Source of the DNA: an uncultured Rhizobium sp.
Lineage (GTDB): Bacteria; Pseudomonadota; Alphaproteobacteria; Micropepsales; Micropepsaceae
Assembly (NCBI GenBank): GCA_964572805.1
Contig: CAZNGO010000043.1
Coordinates: 47,568-111,567, forward strand
Direction: 5' to 3'
DNA: 64,000 nucleotides
Under the pieces are notes generated by a model. It saw only the letters and a list, made by a program, of their open reading frames with translations, did not search any database and was not told the origin of the DNA. Both the position numbers and the translations under genes were made by a program. Positions 33,296 to 43,117 of the stretch are shown piece after piece (positions within the stretch are counted from its first letter, which is position 1; every line of letters begins with the position of its first letter).

Positions 33296-34204
33296 ATGAA
33301 CACGCTGAAAACCGGCATCCTGATGTCCCTCCTGATGGGGCTGTTCCTGGTGGTGGGCGCCGTGGTCGGCGGCCAGGCCGGAATGCTGGTCGCCTTCCTC
33401 ATGGCGGCGGGGATGAACCTATTCGCCTATTGGAATTCCGACCGGATGCTGCTGTCCATGTATGGCGCGCGGCAGGTGGATGAAACCTCCGCGCCCGAGC
33501 TTTACCGCCTGGTGCAGCGGCTGGCGGCGGCTGCGCACCTGCCCATGCCGCGCGTTTTCATCTCCGACAATCCGCAGCCCAACGCCTTTGCCACCGGCCG
33601 CAGCCCCGAACATGCCGCGGTCTGCGTCACGCAAGGGCTGCTGGATCGTGTCGGCCAGGAAGAACTGGCGGGCGTGCTGGCGCATGAACTGGGCCATGTC
33701 CGCAACCGCGACACCCTGACCATGACCATCGTGGCGGTGATGGCGGGCGCCATCGGCATGTTGGCCAATTTCGCCTTCTTCATGGGCGGCGACCGCAGGA
33801 ACAATCCGCTGGGCCTGGTCGGCGTGCTGCTGGTCACCATGCTGGCGCCGTTCGCCGCCATCCTGGTGCAGATGGCGATCAGCCGCTCGCGCGAATACGA
33901 GGCCGACCGCGCCGGCGCCGAAATCACCGGCCGGCCGCTCTGGCTGGCCGGCGCGCTGGAGAAGATCGAGCGCGCGGCGCGCGGCACCGACAATCCGCAG
34001 GCCGACGCCAATCCCGCCACGGCGCACATGTTCATCGTCAATCCGCTCCACGGCGGCATTTCGGGAATGTTCGCCAGTCATCCGCCGACCGAAGAACGCA
34101 TCGCCCGGCTGCGCGCCATGGCCGGCGGCGCGGCTGTACCGATGGACGAAGTTGAGAGCGTGCCGAGGATCGCACAGGGACCGCGACGCGGACCTTGGGG
34201 TTGA
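33296..34204 (+). CDS. htpX: zinc metalloprotease HtpX
   Basis: TM helices plus [10 protein letters not shown] and a downstream EYEADR. Confidence 0.93.
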   Translation: MNTLKTGILMSLLMGLFLVVGAVVGGQAGMLVAFLMAAGMNLFAYWNSDRMLLSMYGARQVDETSAPELYRLVQRLAAAAHLPMPRVFISDNPQPNAFATGRSPEHAAVCVTQGLLDRVGQEELAGVLAHELGHVRNRDTLTMTIVAVMAGAIGMLANFAFFMGGDRRNNPLGLVGVLLVTMLAPFAAILVQMAISRSREYEADRAGAEITGRPLWLAGALEKIERAARGTDNPQADANPATAHMFIVNPLHGGISGMFASHPPTEERIARLRAMAGGAAVPMDEVESVPRIAQGPRRGPWG

Positions 34205-34301
34205 TCCACTGCGAAAACACAGGCTTTCTCCCCCTGCGCGGCGAAGCCGCTGGAGGGGGAGATGTCCGCCGGCAGGCCGCGAAGCGGACAGAGGGGGGTA
34301 A

Positions 34302-35564
34302 ATGAGCGAAGGCTTGCCTTCGCGCAAAGCCGCCCTCGCCCTTCTTTCCGGCATGCTGACGCGGCGCAAGCCGCTGGACGCCGATCTTCCACAACTGAAA
34401 TCTCTGCCGCCGCGCGATGCCGCCTTCGCCCGCGCCCTGGCGAGCCAGACGTTGCGCCATCTCGGTGCGCTGGAAACGGTGTTGCGCGAATTCCTTGCCA
34501 AGCCGCTGGCCCCGCACAAATCCGGCGCGGCGATGGAGATATTGCTGCTGGGGGCCTGTGAATTGCTGGTGCTGAAGACGCCGGCCCATGCCGCGGTGGA
34601 TGCCGCCAACAAGCTGGCGGCGGCGGACAGCAAGGCGGTGCATTTCAAGCCTCTGGTCAACGCCGTGCTGCGCAAGGTGGCGAATGCGGCGCTGCCGCAG
34701 GATGCGGCGCGGCTCTCAACGCCCGACTGGCTGTGGTCACGCTGGACGGCCCAATATGGCGAGGAGATCGCGCAGCGCATCGCCCGGGCACATCTGATCG
34801 AAGCGCCGCTGGACATTACCTTGCGCAGCGCCGAGGCGGCGCATCCCGAGAGCACACCCCTTTTCGGCCTGTCGCGGCGCGTGACGCAGGGCGAGCGGGT
34901 TGAGGAATTGCCCGGCTTCGCTGAAGGCGCCTGGTGGGTGCAGGACGCGGCCGCCATCCTGCCCGCTTTGCTGCTGGGTGATGTGAGCGGCAAAGATGTG
35001 ATTGACCTCTGTGCCGCGCCGGGCGGCAAGACGCTGCAACTGGCGGCCGCCGGCGCGCGCGTGACCGCGGTGGAGAAGCATGAGCTTCGCATGGCGCGGG
35101 TCGCCGAGAATCTGGCGCGCACCCATCTCACCGCCACCCTGGCCGCCAGCGACGCCCGGGACTTTGAGGGCGCGGCACCACTCGTGCTGATCGACGCGCC
35201 CTGCACCGCCACCGGCACCATCCGCCGTCATCCCGAGCTCCCCTGGATCAAGGGTGCCGCCGATGTGACGGTGATGGCGGCGCTGGCTTACGAGATTCTG
35301 GAAAGCGGCGCAGCGATGGTGACGCCGGGCGGGCGGCTGGTCTTTGCCGTCTGCTCCCTGGAGCGCGAGGAAGGCGAAGAGCAGATCGCGGCCTTCCTTG
35401 CCGCGCATCCCCAATTCACCCGGGATCCGATCACGCCTGACGAAATCTTCGGCCATGCGGAGTGGCTGACGCGGGACGGCGATCTGCGGACCCTGCCTTA
35501 TTACATCGAAGGCGGCATGGACGGATTCTATGCTGCAAGGCTGCGGCGCTCAGAGCCGCCCTAG
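34302..35564 (+). CDS. rsmB: RsmB/NOP-family rRNA cytosine-C5 methyltransferase
   Basis: DLCAAPGGKT, LIDAPCTATGTIRRHPE, VFAVCSLEREEGE. Confidence 0.88.
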   Translation: MSEGLPSRKAALALLSGMLTRRKPLDADLPQLKSLPPRDAAFARALASQTLRHLGALETVLREFLAKPLAPHKSGAAMEILLLGACELLVLKTPAHAAVDAANKLAAADSKAVHFKPLVNAVLRKVANAALPQDAARLSTPDWLWSRWTAQYGEEIAQRIARAHLIEAPLDITLRSAEAAHPESTPLFGLSRRVTQGERVEELPGFAEGAWWVQDAAAILPALLLGDVSGKDVIDLCAAPGGKTLQLAAAGARVTAVEKHELRMARVAENLARTHLTATLAASDARDFEGAAPLVLIDAPCTATGTIRRHPELPWIKGAADVTVMAALAYEILESGAAMVTPGGRLVFAVCSLEREEGEEQIAAFLAAHPQFTRDPITPDEIFGHAEWLTRDGDLRTLPYYIEGGMDGFYAARLRRSEPP

Positions 35565-35614
35565 CGCAGGGGCGTCGGCGAGAACCGGAGCGACCAAATA
35601 GATATGCGTGGCCG

Positions 35615-37660
35615 TCAGAGACGGCCCAACGCATAAGCAATCGCCAGATAGACCTTGCCGGTATCGGCAGAGAGCAGGGTCGAAACCAGCAGGCCATCGG
35701 CATCGCCTTCGCGCGCCTTGTCCAGCAGAGTCTCAAACTCGCCGAGATAGGCGTCGGCCGCGGCGTGGAAGCGGTCATCGTCGCGATAGAGTTCGGTGAT
35801 GCGGTCCACCGCATCGACATCGATGGTCTCGGCCAGGCGGCGGGCGAAAATGGCGCGGTCGCCGGCGAGATAGGATTTCCATTCCCCGTCGGTGGGCTCG
35901 GACGGCGCCAGCGCCGACAGATCCAGCGCCATGTCGGCCAGCGCGGTTTCCAGCGCCGCCAGCGCCTGGACATTGGAAGGCCGCAGGGCGCGCGGTTCAT
36001 CGCTTTCCACTGCCGCCAGCAACTGCTTCATTTCCCAGTTGGGCGAAGCATTGTCCTTGCGCGGCCGGCGCTGGGTCAGCCGCCGCGCCAGACCCTTCAG
36101 GCCGTCATCCTCCGGCACCGGCTGCGCCACATTCTGCGGCGCTTCGCTTGCGGGCTTGCGGCCGCGGGCGTGCAGCGCCGACATGGTGCGGGCCGACAGA
36201 TCGAGAATCTGTTCGGTCTCGCCCTGCACCACCAGGCGCACGCGCCGCGCCTCGTCCTGGGCCAGGCCCGGCAGGCGGATCAGGTGGCGCTCCAGCTCCT
36301 CGGCCGACTTGGCCAGCGAGGTGCGGATCTTGTTCGCTTCGCCGGCCAGTTCGCCGGCCACGCGCAGCAGCCGCTCGCATTCGCCCATCGCCTCGCCCAC
36401 CAGAGAATGGGCGTCGTGGCGCGCCTGGGCGGCGCTCTGGGCGATCAGGTCGCGCGCCCCTTCGCCCGCATCCTTGAGGCCGTTCATCAGATTGGCGAGC
36501 AGGGCGTTGGCGGTGTCGCTGGCGTCCTTCAGCTTCTCCGCCTCGCGGGCGAAATTGCCGGTCAGGGTGGCGGCGCGCGCCGCCGCATTGGCCATCAGCA
36601 TTTCGAGATGGCGCTGGGCGTCGCCGGTGACATCCTCGAACTTGCCGGCCTCGGCGCGCACGGCAGCGACGGCATTCTCCATGCCGGCCTGCTGGCGCGC
36701 CAGTGCGATTTCCAGCACGCCGCTTTCGCGCTTCAGCGTCTCCAGCATCTCCGCCATCATGCCGCGCTGCTTTTCCTGCCGCGCCAGCACGAACTCCGCC
36801 CGTTGCAGCGCGGTGTCGGAAACTTCCTCGATCCGCTTGGCCTGCGAATCCAGCTCCAGCGCCGCGGCATGGGGCGACTCCGCGGCCTGGGTGGCGGCAG
36901 AGCGGAAGGCGGCAGCCTGCACATCCAGAGTCTGCGTCGCCATCTTGAGTGAGGTTTCCGCCGCCTCGATCCCGGATTTGATCTGGGCGGCGCGTCCGGC
37001 CACCGTCTCGCTGGCGCGAACCGCCGTGTCGGTGAGGGTGCCGGACAATTGCTCCAGCCGGTCGCGCTCGGCGCTGAGGCGGGCGGCGACGCTTTCGCCG
37101 CGCACTTCGGCGCGGGCGCCGGCTTCGTCCAGAGCGGCGATCTGGTTTTCCAGCACCGTCTCCAGGGCGCGCAGGCGCTGGAAGGCGCCGTCGAGACCGG
37201 CGTTCAACCCGTCGAGCTCGCGGCGCACGGCACGGCCCAGGCGCGCGGCGCTGCGGGCCGCGACGTCATCCACCGCCAGCAGGCGATCGCTGGCGGCCAG
37301 CAGATGCTCGGCAGTGTCGGAAAGCGAAAGCGTGCGCGCGATCAGCAGCGCGATGGCGATGAACAGCAGCGGCGGCAGCAGCAGCGCCGCGGCGATGGGC
37401 GCGATCTGGGTCAGCGGCAGGGCCAGCAGGCGGTCGGGGCCGAGATAGCCGGAAAGAAAGGCGACCCCGATGCCGGTCCAGAAGAACGAGGCCACCAGCC
37501 CCAGCAGCACCGAGACCAGGGCATGGTGGCGGCGGGGCAGTTCCGGGCGGGGTTGCGGCGGGGAGGGCAGCGGCCGGTCCGTCCGCTCGCCGGCAGAGAC
37601 GGGCGCGGGCACGCCCTCATTGGCCGCAAGCGGCGGATTCTGCTGGGAAAAATTCCTCAT
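35615..37660 (-). CDS. large membrane-anchored coiled-coil protein, unknown function
   Basis: The ATG at 37660 gives MRNFSQQNPP.... Two to three N-terminal TM helices are followed by about 500 aa of Ala/Glu/Leu/Arg-rich heptad-like sequence. The long plus-strand ORFs here are antisense shadows. Confidence 0.6.
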   Translation of the reverse strand: MRNFSQQNPPLAANEGVPAPVSAGERTDRPLPSPPQPRPELPRRHHALVSVLLGLVASFFWTGIGVAFLSGYLGPDRLLALPLTQIAPIAAALLLPPLLFIAIALLIARTLSLSDTAEHLLAASDRLLAVDDVAARSAARLGRAVRRELDGLNAGLDGAFQRLRALETVLENQIAALDEAGARAEVRGESVAARLSAERDRLEQLSGTLTDTAVRASETVAGRAAQIKSGIEAAETSLKMATQTLDVQAAAFRSAATQAAESPHAAALELDSQAKRIEEVSDTALQRAEFVLARQEKQRGMMAEMLETLKRESGVLEIALARQQAGMENAVAAVRAEAGKFEDVTGDAQRHLEMLMANAAARAATLTGNFAREAEKLKDASDTANALLANLMNGLKDAGEGARDLIAQSAAQARHDAHSLVGEAMGECERLLRVAGELAGEANKIRTSLAKSAEELERHLIRLPGLAQDEARRVRLVVQGETEQILDLSARTMSALHARGRKPASEAPQNVAQPVPEDDGLKGLARRLTQRRPRKDNASPNWEMKQLLAAVESDEPRALRPSNVQALAALETALADMALDLSALAPSEPTDGEWKSYLAGDRAIFARRLAETIDVDAVDRITELYRDDDRFHAAADAYLGEFETLLDKAREGDADGLLVSTLLSADTGKVYLAIAYALGRL

Positions 37661-37760
37661 ATGCCGGTCTCTATGCCCCAGGGAGAGGCATTTAACCCTA
37701 ATCCACACGGAAAGGCACGCATTAACGGCACCTTAGCCGTGCCCGGGGCAAAATCCGGCC

Positions 37761-38099
37761 ATGTCCGGCATCATCGATCTCGAACATCTGGCCCGCTACA
37801 CCGGCGGAGAAAAAGCCGTGAATGCCGAAATTCTGCGGCTGTTCGACGGGCAGGTCAGTGAGATGGTCGGCCAGCTGCGCAGCGTCATCGCCGCCCGCGA
37901 CGCCAAGCGCTGGAAGGAAATCACCCACACCATCAAGGGTGCCGCCCGCGGCGTCGGCGCCTTTGCCTTTGGCGAAGCTGCCGCGGCGGCCGAACCGGTG
38001 GACCCCGCCAATGGCGAGCGCGCCGCCCAGGCGATTGCGCGGCTGTCGGAAGAAGCGATGGCGGTGCACGATTTCATCCGCCACTACCTCGCCGCCTGA
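37761..38099 (+). CDS. Hpt domain-containing phosphotransfer protein
   Basis: WKEITHTIKGAARGVGA (HxxKG phosphohistidine motif). Length 112 aa. Confidence 0.75.
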   Translation: MSGIIDLEHLARYTGGEKAVNAEILRLFDGQVSEMVGQLRSVIAARDAKRWKEITHTIKGAARGVGAFAFGEAAAAAEPVDPANGERAAQAIARLSEEAMAVHDFIRHYLAA

Positions 38100-38556
38100 A
38101 CACGCCATAGCGGCTTTCGCGCCAGCCTCATTGTATGCTACGGTAAGTAGCATATGCAGCCTCAAGAGATCAGCAACCGCCAGATTGTGATCGACACGCT
38201 GAAAAGCGTGGCGCTTTTGGCCGGCGCCTCTGCAGCGCTTCTGGTGCTGGCAGAGGCGACGCTCCGCTTCTTTCCGCCTCTGCCGCCAAAGACGCATAAC
38301 CTGGTCATCACCATCGCTCTTGTCTTGGCGCCACTGCTGGCCCGCTGGTTGCGCCGCGCCCCTTGAGAATTGCTGCGTTGCGAAATATTCGCAGAAGACC
38401 CCTATTTTTGGCTTGTTTTTTGTTCGCAACTGCAGCAAGCTTACTTCAAGGTCAAGTTGACCTGCGGCGGTTTCCCCGCCGTTTCAGCAGCCCAGAACAC
38501 GACATGCCGCACAGGGCGGAACCGGGATTGATCACCTAACCCCAAAGGAGATCGTC

Positions 38557-38817
38557 ATGGTTCGCAACTTCATCCCCCTCGCCTCCCTCACGCTCACCCT
38601 TTTTGCCGCGCCGGCCCTGGCCGCCGACGAGGCGCTGGTGGAACGCATCACCGCCGAAGCCGAAAAGGCCTGTCCGTTGCAGGTCTATGACGGCCCCCGC
38701 CACCTCTTCTATCCGATCAGCTACAAGGCGGAACATGAGACCTGCGTCCGCCTGGTCACGCGCAGCGTCGTGAAGAAGATCGAAGCGGCGCGCGCCGCGC
38801 AGATCGCGCAGAACTGA
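38557..38817 (+). CDS. small secreted protein, unknown function
   Basis: AAAGGAG lies 7 nt upstream of the ATG. Signal peptide ...LFAAPALAADE. Length 86 aa. Confidence 0.55.
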   Translation: MVRNFIPLASLTLTLFAAPALAADEALVERITAEAEKACPLQVYDGPRHLFYPISYKAEHETCVRLVTRSVVKKIEAARAAQIAQN

Positions 38818-38849
38818 ACTGCCGGCATGGGGCGCTCTTTAAGGGCGCC

Positions 38850-39167
38850 TCATTTGCCCTTGGCATCAAAGGCGGCGAATTCGTGCGCGATGGAGCGCTC
38901 GATCAAGACCCGCCACACCGACTCCGCGATGGCCGGCGAGAGGCCGGACCGTTTCGCCTCGGCCATCACTTTTTCCACCACCGCCTCGATCCGACCTTCA
39001 TCGCGAATGGTGCCGCGATCGGTCTTGAGCATGGCCGCCCGCTCGACATAGGCTTGGCGCAGCGCCAGCAGCCGCACCAGCTTTTCATCCAGCGCGTCGA
39101 TGGCGGTCCTGAGCTGGGCCATGTCGGCGCAGTCCTGCGGGTTCTCCAGGGGAGCGTCGTTTTGCAT
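38850..39167 (-). CDS. chorismate mutase (AroQ class)
   Basis: LRTAIDALDEKLVRLLALRQAYV...IRDEGRIEAVVEKV. The ATG at 39167 lies inside track ORF 38850..39239. Confidence 0.8.
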   Translation of the reverse strand: MQNDAPLENPQDCADMAQLRTAIDALDEKLVRLLALRQAYVERAAMLKTDRGTIRDEGRIEAVVEKVMAEAKRSGLSPAIAESVWRVLIERSIAHEFAAFDAKGK

Positions 39168-39258
39168 CGCAGCACTGTTTATAGCAGGGGTTGTTGCGCT
39201 GGCTATTTTTACATATAAGAACGCCAGTTTCCCAAGCATTACATCAGTTTAGGTGTGA

Positions 39259-40323
<1,065 letters not shown>

Positions 40324-40371
40324 GCCCTCATCCTTCGACGGGCTCAGGATGAGGAATGAGAGGATGAAGAC

Positions 40372-40683
40372 ATGAAAATCACCGGCACCGACCGCCAGGG
40401 CAATACCAGGGAAGTCGAAGGCCGCGACGGCTGGAGCGTGATGGAGATCCTGCGCGACGCCGGGTTCGACATCGCCGCCGAATGCGGCGGGGCCTGCGCC
40501 TGCGCCACCTGCCATGTCTATGTCACGGGCGGCTGGTACGAGAAGCTGCCCGCTCCCTCCGAGGCCGAGATCGACATGCTGGACATGGCGCTGGCGGTGG
40601 AACCGGGCTCCTCGCGCCTCTCCTGCCAGATCATCTGCTCGGCGGCCACCGACGGCATCCAGGTCACGGTGGCGCCCGAGTAA
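40372..40683 (+). CDS. 2Fe-2S ferredoxin (adrenodoxin type)
   Basis: ECGGACACATCHVYV...SRLSCQI cysteine pattern. Length 103 aa. Confidence 0.9.
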   Translation: MKITGTDRQGNTREVEGRDGWSVMEILRDAGFDIAAECGGACACATCHVYVTGGWYEKLPAPSEAEIDMLDMALAVEPGSSRLSCQIICSAATDGIQVTVAPE

Positions 40684-40829
40684 GCTCTCGCCGCTTGAGA
40701 GCGTGCCCCGACGCCGTGTTGACAGGGCTGTTCTTTCCCCCTCCCATTGGGTAATACCAATTCGTTGGCGCGGCGCCAGAACCGCGCAACAACAAGCGCT
40801 TGCGCGATTTTCAGGGAAAGAAACCACTT

Positions 40830-43031
40830 ATGAAGAAGTCAGGAACGCCGCTCACCCGGCGTACGGTTCTCAACAATTCCGCCGCCGTCCTCGCGCTGGC
40901 GGGCACCCCGCTGGGCGAGGCACTGGCCCAGGGGCCTGCGACGACTCCGGCCGCCGGACTTGGCGGTACCGCGCCGGCCAACACCGACTGGACCGCGCCT
41001 TCGGCCACCAACCGCGCCACCCGCTACGCGCCGCTGGACCAGATCAACGCCGCCAACTTCAACACCATGGAAGTGGCCTGGCGCTTCAAGACCGACAATT
41101 TCGGCAACCGTGCCGACGCCTTCTTCAATTCGACGCCGCTGGTGGTGAAGGGCCGCATGTACGCCACGGTCGGCCTGCAGCGCTATCTGGTCTGCCTCGA
41201 TCCCGCCAACGGCCAGATCCTCTGGACCTACCGCCATGACGAAAAGGGCCGCACCGGCGCGCGCGGCGGTTCGGGTTGGGGCTGCGCCTACTGGACCGAC
41301 GGCAAGGAGGAACGCATCCTCTATGTCACCATCAGCTATCAGCTGATCTCGATCGACGCCAAGACCGGCCTGCCCGATCCCAAATTCGGCGACGGCACCG
41401 AAGTCGATCTGCGCAAGGACTGGGATCACACGGTCGATCCCCGCGCCTCCATTGTCGGTCTTCATGCCGCTCCCACCGTCTGCCGCGATGTGGTGGTGGT
41501 GGGCGCCGCCTCCGCCTCCACCGGCCCGGGCCATATCCGCGGCTTCGATGTGCGCACCGGCAAACGCAAATGGATCTTCCACACCGTGCCGCAAAAGGGC
41601 GAGTTCGGCTACGACACCTGGGGCCCCGGCCAGCCGGAAACCGCCACCAACACCGGCGTCTGGGCGCCGATGACCGCCGACGAGGATCTCGGCACCGTCT
41701 ATTGCGGCGTCGAGTTGCCCCAGGCCGACTGGATCGGCAAGACGCGCACCGGCAACGCGCTTTTCACCGAGACGCTGGTGGCGCTGGACATCGAGACCGG
41801 CCGGCGCAAATGGCATTACCAGACCGAGCATCACGGCCTGTGGGACCGCGATATCTGCGCCGCCGCCATTCTCTATGACCTGCCCTATAACGGCCGGACG
41901 GTGAAGGCGCTGGCCCAACCGACCAAACAGGCATTCCTGTTCGTGCTCAATCGCGAAACCGGCCAGCCGATCTGGCCGATCGAAGAACGCCCGGTCGAGG
42001 CCGGCAACGTGCCTGGCGAATATTATGCCCCAACCCAGCCATTCCCCTCAAAGCCACCGCCTTTCGATCACCAGGGCTTTACCCGCGACGACGCCATCGA
42101 CTGGACGCCCGCGATCAAGGCCAAGGCGCAGGAGATTCTGAATCACTATCACCTGGGCCCGATCTACACGCCTCCGATCCTTGCCACCGACACGGTGTGG
42201 GGCACGATCACCACGCCGGAGAACCAGGGCGGCTCCAACTGGCCCGGCGGTTCGCTCGATCCGGAAAGCGGCATCTTCTACATCTACTCCAAGTCCACGC
42301 CGCAGGTTTACGCCATCAGCCAGGGCGCCAATGGCGTCGCCAACGCCGCCGGCGCCACCGGCCAGGGCACCAACGACAATATGGGCGGCGGCTTCGGCGG
42401 CTCGGCCAATCCGGGCGGCCGCGCCGGTGGCCTGGGCGGGCCGGTCCGCGCCGGCACCATGGACGGCCTGAACGATCCGGTCTTCCGCAACCAGCTCACC
42501 ATCGGCGGCATGTCGATCCTCAAGCCGCCCTATGGCCGCATCACCGCCATCGACCTGAAGACCGGCAACAAGCTTTGGCAGGTCGCCCATGGCGAAACCC
42601 CGGACTACATCAAGAACAGTCCGCTGCTGAAGGGCGTCACCATTCCGCGCACCGGCCAATCGGGCGTGGCGGGCGTGCTGACCACCAAGAGCCTGGTGAT
42701 CTGCGGCGACACCGGCCAGTTCACCGACGCCCAGGGCCGCAAGGCCGCGCGCTTCCGCGCCTATGACAAGATGACGGGGCAGGAAGTGGGCGCCGTCTTC
42801 ATGGACCAGGCCCAGACCGGCTCGCCCATGAGCTACATGCTGAACGGACGGCAGTATATCGTGGTGGCCAGCGGCGGCCTCAACGGCGCGGAGTTCATCT
42901 GCTACAGCCTGCCCGGCGCCAATGCCATCGCCGGCGGGGGCCGTGGCGGTCGCGGCGGCGGCCGGGGTGCGCCGCCTCCCGGCGCCGCGCCGGGTGGCCG
43001 CGGCCCCGTGCCGGGCAATGGCGGTGACTGA
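40830..43031 (+). CDS. PQQ-dependent dehydrogenase (beta-propeller quinoprotein)
   Basis: The ATG at 40830 gives MKKSGTPLTRRTVLNNSAAVLALAG (Tat-like). Repeated W-containing propeller blades are present. The C-terminal 35 aa are Gly/Arg/Pro low complexity. Confidence 0.86.
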   Translation: MKKSGTPLTRRTVLNNSAAVLALAGTPLGEALAQGPATTPAAGLGGTAPANTDWTAPSATNRATRYAPLDQINAANFNTMEVAWRFKTDNFGNRADAFFNSTPLVVKGRMYATVGLQRYLVCLDPANGQILWTYRHDEKGRTGARGGSGWGCAYWTDGKEERILYVTISYQLISIDAKTGLPDPKFGDGTEVDLRKDWDHTVDPRASIVGLHAAPTVCRDVVVVGAASASTGPGHIRGFDVRTGKRKWIFHTVPQKGEFGYDTWGPGQPETATNTGVWAPMTADEDLGTVYCGVELPQADWIGKTRTGNALFTETLVALDIETGRRKWHYQTEHHGLWDRDICAAAILYDLPYNGRTVKALAQPTKQAFLFVLNRETGQPIWPIEERPVEAGNVPGEYYAPTQPFPSKPPPFDHQGFTRDDAIDWTPAIKAKAQEILNHYHLGPIYTPPILATDTVWGTITTPENQGGSNWPGGSLDPESGIFYIYSKSTPQVYAISQGANGVANAAGATGQGTNDNMGGGFGGSANPGGRAGGLGGPVRAGTMDGLNDPVFRNQLTIGGMSILKPPYGRITAIDLKTGNKLWQVAHGETPDYIKNSPLLKGVTIPRTGQSGVAGVLTTKSLVICGDTGQFTDAQGRKAARFRAYDKMTGQEVGAVFMDQAQTGSPMSYMLNGRQYIVVASGGLNGAEFICYSLPGANAIAGGGRGGRGGGRGAPPPGAAPGGRGPVPGNGGD

Positions 43032-43058
43032 AGCCGCTTCACCGCCAGACCGTACAAA

Positions 43059-43084
43059 AGGGGCCTGCAAGGGCCCCTTTTTTC
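43059..43084 (+). terminator. rho-independent terminator
   Basis: AGGGGCC-TGCAAG-GGCCCCT followed by a T-run (TTTTTTTC), 28 nt after the PQQ dehydrogenase stop. Confidence 0.75.
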
Positions 43085-43117
43085 TTCTATCCTTCCTGGC
43101 AGAAAAGGATCCCCGCC

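Noticed and set aside
38154-38366. 70-aa ORF downstream of the Hpt gene that might encode a small membrane protein
   Set aside because: It has hydrophobic segments, but there is no clear RBS or recognisable family. I left it unannotated rather than claim it.
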